From positions 12,135-76,134 of the forward strand of contig JADZAI010000100.1 in NCBI GenBank assembly GCA_020852655.1: DNA of 64,000 bases, given 5' to 3'. The translations under genes were made by a program, and so were the position numbers. This DNA comes from Alphaproteobacteria bacterium. GTDB lineage: Bacteria; Pseudomonadota; Alphaproteobacteria; Micropepsales; Micropepsaceae. The notes below the pieces were generated by a model. That model worked only from the letters and a program-made list of their open reading frames with translations, had not been told where the DNA came from and searched no databases. Positions 28,943-38,493 of the stretch are shown here, one piece after another (position 1 is the first letter of the stretch; every line of letters starts with the position of its first letter).

Positions 28943-29134
28943 ATGTCCTTAGAAAAGAACTCGGCATTGCGCCCGACGCCCTCACCGGCGCCGAAGCGCG
29001 TCACGTCCTCGCCAGTGGAAATGCTGACGCCCTCCGAAATCGCATCGCTCAGGCACGAAGCAATGCAAGATCTCGCTTGGCTAAAGGAGCAGCGGGCGGG
29101 CGAGAAGCGCGTCTCGCCGCACAAGGCGGCCTAA
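28943..29134 (+). CDS. Small hypothetical protein (63 aa)
   Basis: ATG with GAGG 7 nt upstream; MSLEKNSALRP...VEMLTPSEIASLRHEAMQDLAWLKEQR; it is the 3' part of track ORF 28355..29134. Confidence 0.55.
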   Translation: MSLEKNSALRPTPSPAPKRVTSSPVEMLTPSEIASLRHEAMQDLAWLKEQRAGEKRVSPHKAA

Positions 29135-29191
29135 AGTCATCGGGCGGCGACACGCCGCCCGATGATACCTTCGGTCCAACGCGAGTGTGAC

Positions 29192-29746
29192 ATGAACTCC
29201 GTCTGCGTTTTCTGCGCCTCGTCCTTCGGGGCGAGCTCCCTCTACCGCGAGGCCGCCGAAGATCTGGGACGGCGCATCGCCGGCGCCGGCCTGCGCCTGG
29301 TCTATGGCGGCGGCAGCGTCGGGCTGATGGGCGTCGTCGCGCGGGCGGCGAAGCGGGCCGGCGGCGATGTCGTCGGCGTCATCCCTGCCTTCCTGCGCTA
29401 TGCGGAAATCCCCGAGACGGAGATCACCGAGCTGCACATCGTCGATTCCATGCACGCGCGCAAACAGAAGATGTTCGACCTCGCGGACGGCTTCATCTCG
29501 CTGCCGGGCGGGATCGGCACGCTGGACGAGACGATCGAGCTGATGACCTGGGCCCAGCTCGGCCGGCACGGCAAGCCGCTGCTCCTCGTCGACACGCTCG
29601 GCTACTGGTCGGCCTTCCAGGACCTGATGCGGGTGATCCTGGAGCAGGAATTCGCCCGCCCCAGCCTCAGCGATCTCTACCGCGTGGTGGCCGATCCCGA
29701 GCAGGCGGTCAGCGCTCTTCTGGCGACACGATCATCGGCCGCCTGA
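29192..29746 (+). CDS. LOG-family nucleotide phosphoribohydrolase (TIGR00730-like)
   Basis: VCVFCASS, LVYGGGSVGLMG, MHARK, PGGIGTLDE. Confidence 0.94.
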   Translation: MNSVCVFCASSFGASSLYREAAEDLGRRIAGAGLRLVYGGGSVGLMGVVARAAKRAGGDVVGVIPAFLRYAEIPETEITELHIVDSMHARKQKMFDLADGFISLPGGIGTLDETIELMTWAQLGRHGKPLLLVDTLGYWSAFQDLMRVILEQEFARPSLSDLYRVVADPEQAVSALLATRSSAA

Positions 29747-30620
29747 AGGCCTCCAGCGAGACCACCACCAGCGCCGCCCAGATGAAGCCGAAGCTGACGA
29801 GGCGCATCATGTCGAAGGGCTCGTCATAGAGCGCGACGGCGATGACCAGCGAGATGGTCGGCGCGATATATTGCAGGAAGCCCATCGTCGACATCCGCAC
29901 CCCGCGCGCGCCTACCGCGAACATCCAGAGCGGCACGGCGGTGATCGGCCCGGCCAGCATCAGCAGCAGCGACATCGACGGGCCGGTGTGGGCGAAGGCG
30001 AGATCGCCCTCCCCTTCGCGCCACAGCAGATAGCCGAGCGCGATAGGCGCGATCAGCAGCGTCTCGATGAAGAGCCCATCCAGCGCCTCGACGCTGACCA
30101 CTTTGCGGATATAGCCGTAGATGGCAAAGCTGGTTGCCAGCACGAGCGAGATCCACGGCACGAAGCCGAGCGCCCAGGCCTGCATCGCGACACCGACCGC
30201 CGCCAGGACGAGCGAGGCGATGCGCACCGGACTGAGCTTTTCGCCCAGCAGCACGACGCCGATGGCGATCACGATCAGCGGATTGATGTAATAGCCGAGC
30301 GACGTCTCGATGATGCGGCCCTGCTGCACCGCCCAGATGAAGATGCCCCAGTTGCTGCCGATGAACACCGCGCAGGCGGCCAGCGCCAGCAGGGTCCGGC
30401 GCGTGGTCAGCGCCCTGCGGATGGCCGCCCAGCGGCCCAGCGCCAGCACGATCGGCACGAGGAAGACCAGGCACCACACGACCCGGTGCGCGAGCACCTC
30501 CCAGGCCGAAACGGCGCCGACCCATTTCCAGTAGACGACGACAAGCCCCCAGATCACATAGGCGAGCGTGGCAGCGAGAACGCCGTTCAGCGTGTCGGCA
30601 GGCTTGGCAGGGGCTGGCAT
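29709..30620 (-). CDS. rarD: EamA-family transporter RarD
   Basis: EVLAHRVVW, SLGYYINPL, GFLQYIAPT, FGFIWAAL. Confidence 0.93.
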   Translation of the reverse strand: MPAPAKPADTLNGVLAATLAYVIWGLVVVYWKWVGAVSAWEVLAHRVVWCLVFLVPIVLALGRWAAIRRALTTRRTLLALAACAVFIGSNWGIFIWAVQQGRIIETSLGYYINPLIVIAIGVVLLGEKLSPVRIASLVLAAVGVAMQAWALGFVPWISLVLATSFAIYGYIRKVVSVEALDGLFIETLLIAPIALGYLLWREGEGDLAFAHTGPSMSLLLMLAGPITAVPLWMFAVGARGVRMSTMGFLQYIAPTISLVIAVALYDEPFDMMRLVSFGFIWAALVVVSLEAFRRPMIVSPEER

Positions 30621-30623
30621 GGC

Positions 30624-32225
30624 TCAGAGCGGCGTGTGGCCGTCGCGGAGGAGTTTGTAGGTGATCGAGTCGGCGAGCGCCTCGAACGAGGCGTCGACGA
30701 TGTTGGGCGAGACCCCGACGGTGGACCATCGCCGGCCCTCGCCATCCGCACTCTCGATCAGCACGCGCGTCACGGCCTCGGTGCCGGAGGTAAGGATACG
30801 GACCTTGTAGTCGACCAGCCTGAGGTCTTCGAGCACCTTGGAATAACCGCCGAGATCCTTGCGCAGCGCATCGTCCAGCGCATCGACCGGGCCGTTGCCC
30901 TCGCCCACCGAATGGATGGTGCGGCCGTGCACGTTGGTCTTCACCGTCGCTTCCGACACCGTCGTCAGCTCGCCGCGCGCGTTGAAACGGCGCTCGACCA
31001 GCACGCGGTAGCCTTCGACCTTGAAATAGTCGGGCACCTGGCCCAGCGCGCGGCGCGCCAGCAATTCGAACGAGGCGTCGGCGCCCTCATAGGCATAGCC
31101 GAGGAACTCGCGCTCCTTCACGTCATCCAGCAGCCGCTTGATGCGTGCGTCCTTCGGATCGAAGGCGATGCCGAGCTGCTCCAGCCGCGTCAGCACGTTC
31201 GAGCGCCCCGCCTGGTCCGAGACCAGGATCTTGCGCGCGTTGCCGACCGATTCCGGCGGCACGTGCTCATAGGTCTTGGGGTCCTTCAGCACCGCCGAGG
31301 CATGCAGCCCGCCCTTGTGCGCGAAGGCCGAGGCGCCGACATAAGGCTGGTGCCGGTTCGGGGCGCGATTGAGGATTTCATCGAGCAGCCGCGAGACCTC
31401 GACCAGCCGCTTCAGGTTCTCGGCATCGACGCCGATCTCCAGCGTCGAGCGATAGGGTTCCTTCAGCGCCAGCGTCGCGATCAGCGACAAGATGTTGGCG
31501 TTGCCGGTGCGTTCGCCGAGGCCGTTCAGCGTGCCCTGGATCTGGCAGACCCCGGCTTCGACGGCCGCCAGCGTGTTGGCGACGGCGTTCTCGGTGTCGT
31601 TGTGGGTGTGGACGCCCAGACGCTCGCCTGGGAAGCGCCGCGTCACCTCGCGGACAATGCGATAGACCTCCGACGGCAGCGTGCCGCCATTGGTGTCGCA
31701 CAGCACCGCCCAGCGCGCGCCGCCGTCGAACGCGGCTTCGAGGCATTGCAGCGCATAGTCGCTATTCGCCTTGTAGCCGTCGAAGAAATGCTCCGCGTCC
31801 AGCATCGCCTCCTTGCCGCGCGCTGCGACGGCGGCGATCGACTCGCGGATGCAGACGAGATTCTCCTCGCGCGGGATGCCGAGCGCGACGTCGACCTGGT
31901 AGTCGTGGCTCTTGCCGACGAGACAGCCGGCGCCGGCTTTCGCGTTCAGGATGGGCGAGAGCGTGGGATCGTTTTCCGCGCTGACGCCAGCCCGCTTGGT
32001 CATGCCGAATGCGGTGAAGATCGCGTGTTTCAGCGTCGGCGGGGCATCGAAGAAGGCGGTGTCGGTGGGGTTCGCGCCCGGCCAGCCGCCTTCGACATAG
32101 TCCAGCCCCAACGAATCCAGCGCCAGCGCGATCTGCCGCTTGTCCTCGACGGAGAAATCGACGCCGCTGGTCTGCGCGCCGTCGCGCAGCGTCGTGTCGA
32201 AGAGATAGACGCGGGTCTTGCTCAC
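30624..32225 (-). CDS. cimA: Citramalate synthase
   Basis: [66 protein letters not shown] start at 32225 overlaps the cysS TGA (GTGA). Confidence 0.9.
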   Translation of the reverse strand: MSKTRVYLFDTTLRDGAQTSGVDFSVEDKRQIALALDSLGLDYVEGGWPGANPTDTAFFDAPPTLKHAIFTAFGMTKRAGVSAENDPTLSPILNAKAGAGCLVGKSHDYQVDVALGIPREENLVCIRESIAAVAARGKEAMLDAEHFFDGYKANSDYALQCLEAAFDGGARWAVLCDTNGGTLPSEVYRIVREVTRRFPGERLGVHTHNDTENAVANTLAAVEAGVCQIQGTLNGLGERTGNANILSLIATLALKEPYRSTLEIGVDAENLKRLVEVSRLLDEILNRAPNRHQPYVGASAFAHKGGLHASAVLKDPKTYEHVPPESVGNARKILVSDQAGRSNVLTRLEQLGIAFDPKDARIKRLLDDVKEREFLGYAYEGADASFELLARRALGQVPDYFKVEGYRVLVERRFNARGELTTVSEATVKTNVHGRTIHSVGEGNGPVDALDDALRKDLGGYSKVLEDLRLVDYKVRILTSGTEAVTRVLIESADGEGRRWSTVGVSPNIVDASFEALADSITYKLLRDGHTPL

Positions 32226-33598
32226 AGCGCTCTCCATGTCGTACCGGCCGCGCTGTCCTCGACGGTCAGGCCGGCGTCGAGCAGCCGGTCGCGCACACGA
32301 TCGGCCTCAGCGAAGTTCTTGCTCTTGCGCGCTTCGGCACGCGCGGCGATGAGCGCCTCGATCTCCTCCGCCGTGATCGGCAGCTTGGCCGGCATCCACG
32401 AGCGATATTGCTCCGCCGTCTGGCCGAAGAAGCCGAGCAGCAGGCCGCCGGCCCGCAGCGCCCGCGCCGCGTCCTTCGATTTGCCCGCCGCGCTGCGCAG
32501 CCTGTGCAGCTCGGCGATGGCTTCCGGCGAGTTCAGATCGTCGCTCACCGCGGCGACCACCGCGCCGGGCGGCGCGACCGGCGCTTCGTCCTCGACCTTC
32601 GCTACCGCTTCGTACCAGCCGCGCATCACGGTGCGCGCCTCGTTCGCGCCGGCTTCGGTCCAGTTGGTCGGCTGGCGGTAGTGCGAGGAGAGCATCTGGA
32701 GGCGCAGATTCTCGCCGCGATACTGGTCGAGCAGCTCGCGGATCGTGAAGAAATTGCCGAGGCTCTTGGACATCTTCTCGCCTTCCACATTCAGGAAGCC
32801 GTTATGCATCCAGATATTCGCCATCACGGGCGTGCCGTGCGCGCAGCGGCTCTGGGCGAGTTCGTTCTCGTGATGCGGGAAGGCGAGGTCGATGCCGCCG
32901 CCGTGGATGTCGAAGACTTCGCCGAGATGCTTCCACGCCATCGCCGAGCACTCGATATGCCAGCCCGGCCGGCCGCGGCCCCAGGGGCTGTCCCAACCCG
33001 GCATGCCTTCGTCCGAAGGCTTCCACAGCACGAAATCCATCGGGTCGCGTTTGTACGGCGCGACGTCGACGCGGGCCCCGGCGATCATGTCGTCGATCGA
33101 GCGGCCCGAGAGCTTGCCGTAGTCCGGCATCGAGGGGACGTGGAAGAGCACATGCCCCTCCGCGACATAGGCATGCCCCTTCTCGATGAGCCGCTGGTTC
33201 AGGAGGATCATCTCGGCCAGATGCTCGGTGGCGCGGGGCGTCACGCTGGGCGGCAGGCAGCCGAGTTCGGTCACGTCGGCGACATACTGGTTCGCCGTCT
33301 TCTCGGTCACCTGGCGGATCGCCGCGTTCAGCTCCATGCCGGGAAAGTCGCGGGCGGCGCGCGCGTTGATCTTGTCGTCCACGTCCGTGATGTTGCGGAC
33401 ATAGGTGACGTGATCGATGCCATAGGTGTGGCGCAGCAGGCGGTAGAGCACGTCGAAGACGATCACTGGCCGCGCATTGCCGATATGGGCGAAGTCATAG
33501 ACCGTGGGGCCGCAGACATACATCCGCACGTTGGCCGGATCGATCGGCGTGAAGTCCTGCTTGGCGCGGGCGGCGGTGTTGTAGAGCTGAATGGTCAT
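32222..33598 (-). CDS. cysS: Cysteine--tRNA ligase
   Basis: [48 protein letters not shown]. Confidence 0.98.
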   Translation of the reverse strand: MTIQLYNTAARAKQDFTPIDPANVRMYVCGPTVYDFAHIGNARPVIVFDVLYRLLRHTYGIDHVTYVRNITDVDDKINARAARDFPGMELNAAIRQVTEKTANQYVADVTELGCLPPSVTPRATEHLAEMILLNQRLIEKGHAYVAEGHVLFHVPSMPDYGKLSGRSIDDMIAGARVDVAPYKRDPMDFVLWKPSDEGMPGWDSPWGRGRPGWHIECSAMAWKHLGEVFDIHGGGIDLAFPHHENELAQSRCAHGTPVMANIWMHNGFLNVEGEKMSKSLGNFFTIRELLDQYRGENLRLQMLSSHYRQPTNWTEAGANEARTVMRGWYEAVAKVEDEAPVAPPGAVVAAVSDDLNSPEAIAELHRLRSAAGKSKDAARALRAGGLLLGFFGQTAEQYRSWMPAKLPITAEEIEALIAARAEARKSKNFAEADRVRDRLLDAGLTVEDSAAGTTWRAL

Positions 33599-33620
33599 CT
33601 TCGAACGGTCGGATGCGAGG

Positions 33621-33643
33621 AAAACGGGGCTAGCGCGGCCCCG
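33621..33643 (-). terminator. Intrinsic terminator in the cysS leader (candidate attenuator)
   Basis: The - strand reads CGGGGC-cgcgcta-GCCCCG-TTTT, ending 22 nt upstream of the cysS ATG. Confidence 0.65.
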
Positions 33644-33702
33644 CGGTTTCCGTCCGAACGTCAGATGTGTTCAGGCAAAAGCGTCGCGCGACCGCTGAGG
33701 GA

Positions 33703-33750
33703 TCAGCAGCAAATTCGCCAAATGCGACACTGGGCGAGCGCCATGAACAT
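33703..33750 (-). CDS. Cys/Ile-rich leader peptide MFMALAQCRIWRICC (candidate cysS-cimA attenuator peptide)
   Basis: Manual translation: ATG TTC ATG GCG CTC GCC CAG TGT CGC ATT TGG CGA ATT TGC TGC TGA. Three Cys codons with a terminal Cys-Cys, upstream of cysS and of a terminator hairpin. Below the ORF-track length cutoff. Confidence 0.65.
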   Translation of the reverse strand: MFMALAQCRIWRICC

Positions 33751-33794
33751 GAGGTTACTTATGCCCCGCCGCCCGGGGCGGGCGCAAGGGGCCG

Positions 33795-34112
33795 TCAGCG
33801 CGCCCGCCGCGCGGCCCGCCTAAGCGTCTCGTCGATCCGCGTCTGCCAGCCCGGCCCGGTGCTTCGGAAGTGCCGCAACACCTCGGAGGAGAGCCGCAAG
33901 GTGATCAGTTCCTTGGGCGAAATCGCCTTCGGCCGGCCGATCCGCTTGCCGCCCTTGCTCAGCCAGCCGCCCGCAATCTCAGCTTCGGTGAATTCGGGTG
34001 CGTCGTCGTCGGGCGCGGGAACAATGGCATCGATCGCCGCAAGTTCGGCCGCCGTAGGTTGACGAACAATCAGCTTAGAACTTCCTGCCGTAGCGCGCTT
34101 GCTCGCGGTCAT
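33795..34112 (-). CDS. brnA: BrnA antitoxin
   Basis: DDDAPEFT...GRPKAISPKELITLRLSSEVLRHFRSTGPGWQTRIDETLR. Confidence 0.93.
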   Translation of the reverse strand: MTASKRATAGSSKLIVRQPTAAELAAIDAIVPAPDDDAPEFTEAEIAGGWLSKGGKRIGRPKAISPKELITLRLSSEVLRHFRSTGPGWQTRIDETLRRAARRAR

Positions 34113-34347
34113 TGCACTTCCTCAGCGAAATAATCCGGCGTTCGCCGGAGCGTTCTGTCCAGACCACCATCACCATGCGCCCGGCCAGATGACCGATCGA
34201 GATCATCCGTCGCTCACCATAGTCGCGGCGCGTGTCGGGAAAGTCATAAGTCACAGACGCGAACACCGCTGCGGCGAGATCCAGATCTATCCCGTGCTTG
34301 GCGAGGTTGGCCTGCCGTTTTGCAGCGTCATAGCTGATCCGAACCAC
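34075..34347 (-). CDS. brnT: BrnT toxin (ribonuclease)
   Basis: ISYDAAKRQANLAKHGIDL...DYGERR...VVWTER...RIISLRKCN. Confidence 0.94.
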   Translation of the reverse strand: MVRISYDAAKRQANLAKHGIDLDLAAAVFASVTYDFPDTRRDYGERRMISIGHLAGRMVMVVWTERSGERRIISLRKCNDREQARYGRKF

Positions 34348-34352
34348 GACTT

Positions 34353-34381
34353 AACGTAGTTACAGAAACTATAGGCGTCAA
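34353..34381 (-). promoter_or_regulatory. Sigma70-type promoter of brnTA with overlapping operator
   Basis: TTGACG-N17-TACGTT on the - strand; TAGTT-N5-AACTA dyad at 34357-34371. Confidence 0.6.
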
Positions 34382-34388
34382 GTACAGC

Positions 34389-35720
34389 CTACGCCCGCTC
34401 GCCGCGTAGCCGCGCCACAGCCCGGCTTCGGCCGATGAACGGGAGCAGCTTCTTCATCTCGGGGCCGTGGTTGCGGCCGGTCAGGGCCAGGCGGAGGGGC
34501 AGGAAGAGGTCCTTGCCCTTCTTGCCGGTCGCGGCCGAGACGGCTTTCGTCCAGGGCTGCCATGTCGCCTCGGTCGGATCGCCCTCGGGCAGCAGGTCGG
34601 CGGCCTGAGACGTTAGCGCCGCATCGGCGACCACCGGCGTCAGCGGCGCCGTCGCGACGTTCCACCAGTCCATGGCATCGGAGGCGGCCTCCAGATTGTC
34701 GCGCACCGCCAGCCAGAAATCCTCGCCGATACCCGCCGGGGCGAGGATCGCCGCCACCTCGGCCCACGGGCGCATATGCAGCAACTTCACGCTCAGCCGC
34801 TTCAGGTCGTCAGGGTCGAGGCGCGCGGCGGAGTGGCCGATCTTGGCGAAGGCGAATTCGGCGGCGAGTTCGTCCAGGGTGCGGCGCGGCTCGATCGGGT
34901 CGGAGGTGCCGATCTTGGCGAGGAGGGCGTTCACCGCCATCGGATCGATCCCGCCAGCGCGCAAATCTTCCAGCGACAGCGAGCCCAGCCGCTTCGACAG
35001 CTTCTCGCCGTCCTTGCCTGTGATCATCGGGTAATGCGCGAAATGCGGCAGCGCGCCGCCCAGCGCCTGGAAGATCTCGATCTGCACCGCCGTGTTGACC
35101 ACATGGTCCTCGCCCCGGATCACATGGGTGATCGCGAAGTCGATGTCGTCCACCACGCTCGGCAGCGTGTAGAGGAACTGCCCGTCCTCGCGCACCAGCA
35201 CGGGGTCGGAGAGCGTCGCGGTATCGACCTTCACCTCGCCGCGCACGAGGTCGGTCCAGGTTACCGGACGCTGCGCCAGCCCGAAGCGCCAGTGCGGCCG
35301 GCGGCCTTCGCCCTCCAGCCGCGCGCGATCCTCCGCCGTCAGCTTCAGCGCTGCGCGGTCATAGACCGGCGGATGGCCCAGCGCGCGCTGGCGCAGGCGG
35401 CGGCGCTCCAGTTCCTCCGGCGTTTCATAGGCGGGATAGAGCAGCCCCGCCGCCTTCAGCCGCTCCAGTGCCTCGCGATAGCGATCGAAGCGATCCGACT
35501 GCCGCGCGAACACGTCATGGCGCAGCCCGAGCCACGCGAGGTCAGCCAAAATGCCCGCGGCGAATTCCGCCGTCGAACGCTCGGTGTCGGTGTCGTCGAG
35601 GCGCAGCAGGAACGAGCCCTGCTGCTGGCGCGCAAACAGGAAATTCAGAACCGCGGCGCGCGCATTGCCGACGTGCAGCTTGCCGGTAGGCGAGGGCGCG
35701 AAACGGACGCGAACACTCAC
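34389..35720 (-). CDS. gltX: Glutamate--tRNA ligase (probably one of the two alphaproteobacterial paralogues)
   Basis: [45 protein letters not shown]. Confidence 0.96.
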   Translation of the reverse strand: MSVRVRFAPSPTGKLHVGNARAAVLNFLFARQQQGSFLLRLDDTDTERSTAEFAAGILADLAWLGLRHDVFARQSDRFDRYREALERLKAAGLLYPAYETPEELERRRLRQRALGHPPVYDRAALKLTAEDRARLEGEGRRPHWRFGLAQRPVTWTDLVRGEVKVDTATLSDPVLVREDGQFLYTLPSVVDDIDFAITHVIRGEDHVVNTAVQIEIFQALGGALPHFAHYPMITGKDGEKLSKRLGSLSLEDLRAGGIDPMAVNALLAKIGTSDPIEPRRTLDELAAEFAFAKIGHSAARLDPDDLKRLSVKLLHMRPWAEVAAILAPAGIGEDFWLAVRDNLEAASDAMDWWNVATAPLTPVVADAALTSQAADLLPEGDPTEATWQPWTKAVSAATGKKGKDLFLPLRLALTGRNHGPEMKKLLPFIGRSRAVARLRGERA

Positions 35721-37375
35721 GTCGCGTCCCGGTAGCCGTTAGTGATGGGGTAGCGCCGGTCGCGGCCGAAATTCCGTGTGCCGATCTTCACGCCCGGCGG
35801 CGCCTGCCGGCGCTTGTATTCGGCGATGTAGAGCAAATTCTCGATCCGCTTCACCACCGCCGGGTCATGGCCGCGCGCGACGATGTCCTCGAACGGCATC
35901 TCGTTCTCGACGAGGCATTCCAGCATGTCGTCGAGCTTGGGATAGGGCGGGAGCGAATCCTCGTCCTTCTGGTTCTCGCGCAGTTCGGCGGTCGGCGGCT
36001 TGTCGATAACGTTCTGCGGCATCACCAGTCCCGCCGGCCCGAGGCCGCCGCGCGGATGCTCCTGATTGCGCCAGCGGCAGAGCGCGAAGACCTCCATCTT
36101 GTAGATGTCCTTCAGCACATTGTAGCCGCCGCACATGTCGCCATAGAGCGTCGCATAGCCGACACTCATCTCGGACTTGTTGCCGGTGGTCAGCACCATC
36201 GGCCCGAATTTGTTCGAGATCGCCATCAGCAGCACGCCGCGGCTGCGCGACTGGATGTTCTCTTCGGTGATGTCGGGGTTCCGGCCGGTGAAGGCCGGCG
36301 CCAGCGCACCGCCGAACGACTTCACGATGTCTTCGATCGGGATGATCTCATAGGGCACGCCGAGCAGGCGGGCGCATTCCGCCGCATCGCCGAGGCTCTC
36401 TTCGCCGGTGAATTTCGACGGCATCATCACGCAGCGCACCCTGTCGGCGCCCAGCGCGTCCACCGCCACCGCTGCCGACAACGCCGAGTCGATGCCGCCC
36501 GAAAGGCCCAGCACCACACCCGGGAAACGGTTCTTGTTCACGTAGTCGCGCAGGCCCAGCATCATCGCCTGATAGACCGCGGCGTGACCTTCCTCGTTGA
36601 CGACCTTTGTGCCGGGGGCGCAGCGCCAGCCGTCCGCCTCGCGCGTCCAGTGGGTGATCTCCATCGCCTCGACGAAGCTCGGCATTTGGAGTGCGAGCGT
36701 CCGGTCGGCATTCAGCACGAAAGAGCCGCCGTCGAAGACGAGTTCGTCCTGGCCGCCGATCTGGTTCACGTAGAGGAACGGCAGGCCGGTTTCGACGACG
36801 CGGGCGACGCCGAGATCGATGCGGCGATCGAACTTGGTGCGCTCGAAGGGCGAGCCGTTCGGCACGATGATGATCTCGCCGCCGGTCTCGGCGATGCACT
36901 CGACGACATCGGGCGTCCAGACATCCTCGCAGATCGGTATGCCGAGGCGGACGCCGCGGAATTCGATCGGCCCCGGCATCGGCCCCGCGGCGAAGACGCG
37001 CTTCTCGTCGAAGACGCCATAATTCGGCAGGTCGACCTTGAAACGGACATTCTTCACGGTGCCGCCGTCGAGCAGGGCATAGGCGTTGTAGAGCTTGCCG
37101 TCCTCGGCCCACGGCACGCCGATCAGTACCGCAGGTCCGGTCACGGTATCCTTCGCCAGACCTTCCACCGCGGCGCGGCAATCGGCCTGGAAGGCCGGCT
37201 TCAGCACCAGGTCTTCCGGCGGATAACCGCAGGCGAAGAGCTCGGTGAAGACGACCAGGTCCGCGCCTTGCGCCGCCGCCTGCGCACGGTACTCGCGCGC
37301 CTTGGCGATGTTGCCGGCGAGGTCGCCCATCTTGGGGTTGGCCTGGACGAGGGCGATGGTCAGACGGTCGGTCAT
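35717..37375 (-). CDS. nadE: Glutamine-dependent NAD+ synthetase
   Basis: N-terminal nitrilase domain ([19 protein letters not shown]); [28 protein letters not shown]-like C-terminal motif. Confidence 0.97.
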   Translation of the reverse strand: MTDRLTIALVQANPKMGDLAGNIAKAREYRAQAAAQGADLVVFTELFACGYPPEDLVLKPAFQADCRAAVEGLAKDTVTGPAVLIGVPWAEDGKLYNAYALLDGGTVKNVRFKVDLPNYGVFDEKRVFAAGPMPGPIEFRGVRLGIPICEDVWTPDVVECIAETGGEIIIVPNGSPFERTKFDRRIDLGVARVVETGLPFLYVNQIGGQDELVFDGGSFVLNADRTLALQMPSFVEAMEITHWTREADGWRCAPGTKVVNEEGHAAVYQAMMLGLRDYVNKNRFPGVVLGLSGGIDSALSAAVAVDALGADRVRCVMMPSKFTGEESLGDAAECARLLGVPYEIIPIEDIVKSFGGALAPAFTGRNPDITEENIQSRSRGVLLMAISNKFGPMVLTTGNKSEMSVGYATLYGDMCGGYNVLKDIYKMEVFALCRWRNQEHPRGGLGPAGLVMPQNVIDKPPTAELRENQKDEDSLPPYPKLDDMLECLVENEMPFEDIVARGHDPAVVKRIENLLYIAEYKRRQAPPGVKIGTRNFGRDRRYPITNGYRDAT

Positions 37376-38493
37376 ACCGCCTTCAACAGTGCCTCGCTGA
37401 CGCGGTCAATCTGCTCGTCGGTGAGATAGGGGTGAAACGGCAGGCTGAGGACGTGGTCGGCCAGCCAGTCGCAATTGACCAGCGGCTCGGCCGGGGCATG
37501 CGGCGCGAAGGCCTTATGGCGATGCAGCGGCATCGAATAGTAGACCGAGCTGGGAACGCCCTGCTCTTTCAGCTTCGCTTGCACCGCGTCGCGGTTCTCG
37601 ACCATGACCGTGAAGAGCCCCCAGGCGTGCCGGTCATCGACCGCCGGCTCCTGCATCCGGACGCGACCCTTCAGGTTCGCGCGATAGCGCTGGGCGTGGG
37701 CGGCGCGCGCCTGAAGTTCGTCCTCGAAGATCGTCAGCTTCGAGAGCACCACGGCGCATTGCATGGAATCGAGCCGGCCGTTGAGGCCGACGCGGATCGA
37801 TTCCTTCTTCGCCGCATCGGTGCCGTGCCAGCGGATCGACGACCAGCGCTCGAAGCGGTCAGGATCGTCGGTGAACATCGCGCCGCCGTCGCCATAGGCG
37901 CCCAGCGTCTTCGAGGGATAGAAGCTCGTCGCCGTCATCTCGCAGAGCGCGCCGATGCGCTTGTTGCCCTGCCCGCCGCCCAGCGCCTGCGCGGCATCCG
38001 ACAGCACGGCCATCCTGTGCCGCTTGGCGATCGCGCCGATCGCCGGGTAGTTCGCCGGCTGGCCGTAGAGGTCGACGGCGATCACCAGCTTCGGCTTCAG
38101 GGTCCCCTCGGCGACGACGCGCTCGACCGCGTTCTCGAGCTGCCCCGGGTCGATGTTGCAGGTCTCGCGCTCGACATCGACGAAGACCGGCGTCGCGCCG
38201 GTCATCAGCACGGCATTGGCGGTCGCGTTATAGGTGAAGGCCGGCAGGAAGACCGCATCGCCCGGCCCGATCTCCTCGCCCATCAGCGCGATGACCAGCG
38301 CATCGGTGCCGCTCGCCACGGCCAGCGCATGCTTCGCGCCGGTGAAGGCGGCGAGCTGCGCCTCCAGCTCGGTCACCTCCGGGCCGCCGATATAGGCGCC
38401 GTGATCGAGGATGGCGGTCAGGCGCTTCTCGATGTCGGCACGGAGGCGCCTCGCCGGCGTCTTCAGGTCGAAGAAGAGGATCGGATCGCTCAT
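37372..38493 (-). CDS. DegT/DnrJ/EryC1/StrS PLP aminotransferase (GnnB/WbpE-like)
   Basis: SGTDAL, DAAQALG, TSFYPSKTLGAYGDGG, GLNGRLDSMQ, LSLPFHPY. Start MSDPILFF overlaps the upstream stop (ATGA). Confidence 0.92.
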   Translation of the reverse strand: MSDPILFFDLKTPARRLRADIEKRLTAILDHGAYIGGPEVTELEAQLAAFTGAKHALAVASGTDALVIALMGEEIGPGDAVFLPAFTYNATANAVLMTGATPVFVDVERETCNIDPGQLENAVERVVAEGTLKPKLVIAVDLYGQPANYPAIGAIAKRHRMAVLSDAAQALGGGQGNKRIGALCEMTATSFYPSKTLGAYGDGGAMFTDDPDRFERWSSIRWHGTDAAKKESIRVGLNGRLDSMQCAVVLSKLTIFEDELQARAAHAQRYRANLKGRVRMQEPAVDDRHAWGLFTVMVENRDAVQAKLKEQGVPSSVYYSMPLHRHKAFAPHAPAEPLVNCDWLADHVLSLPFHPYLTDEQIDRVSEALLKAV

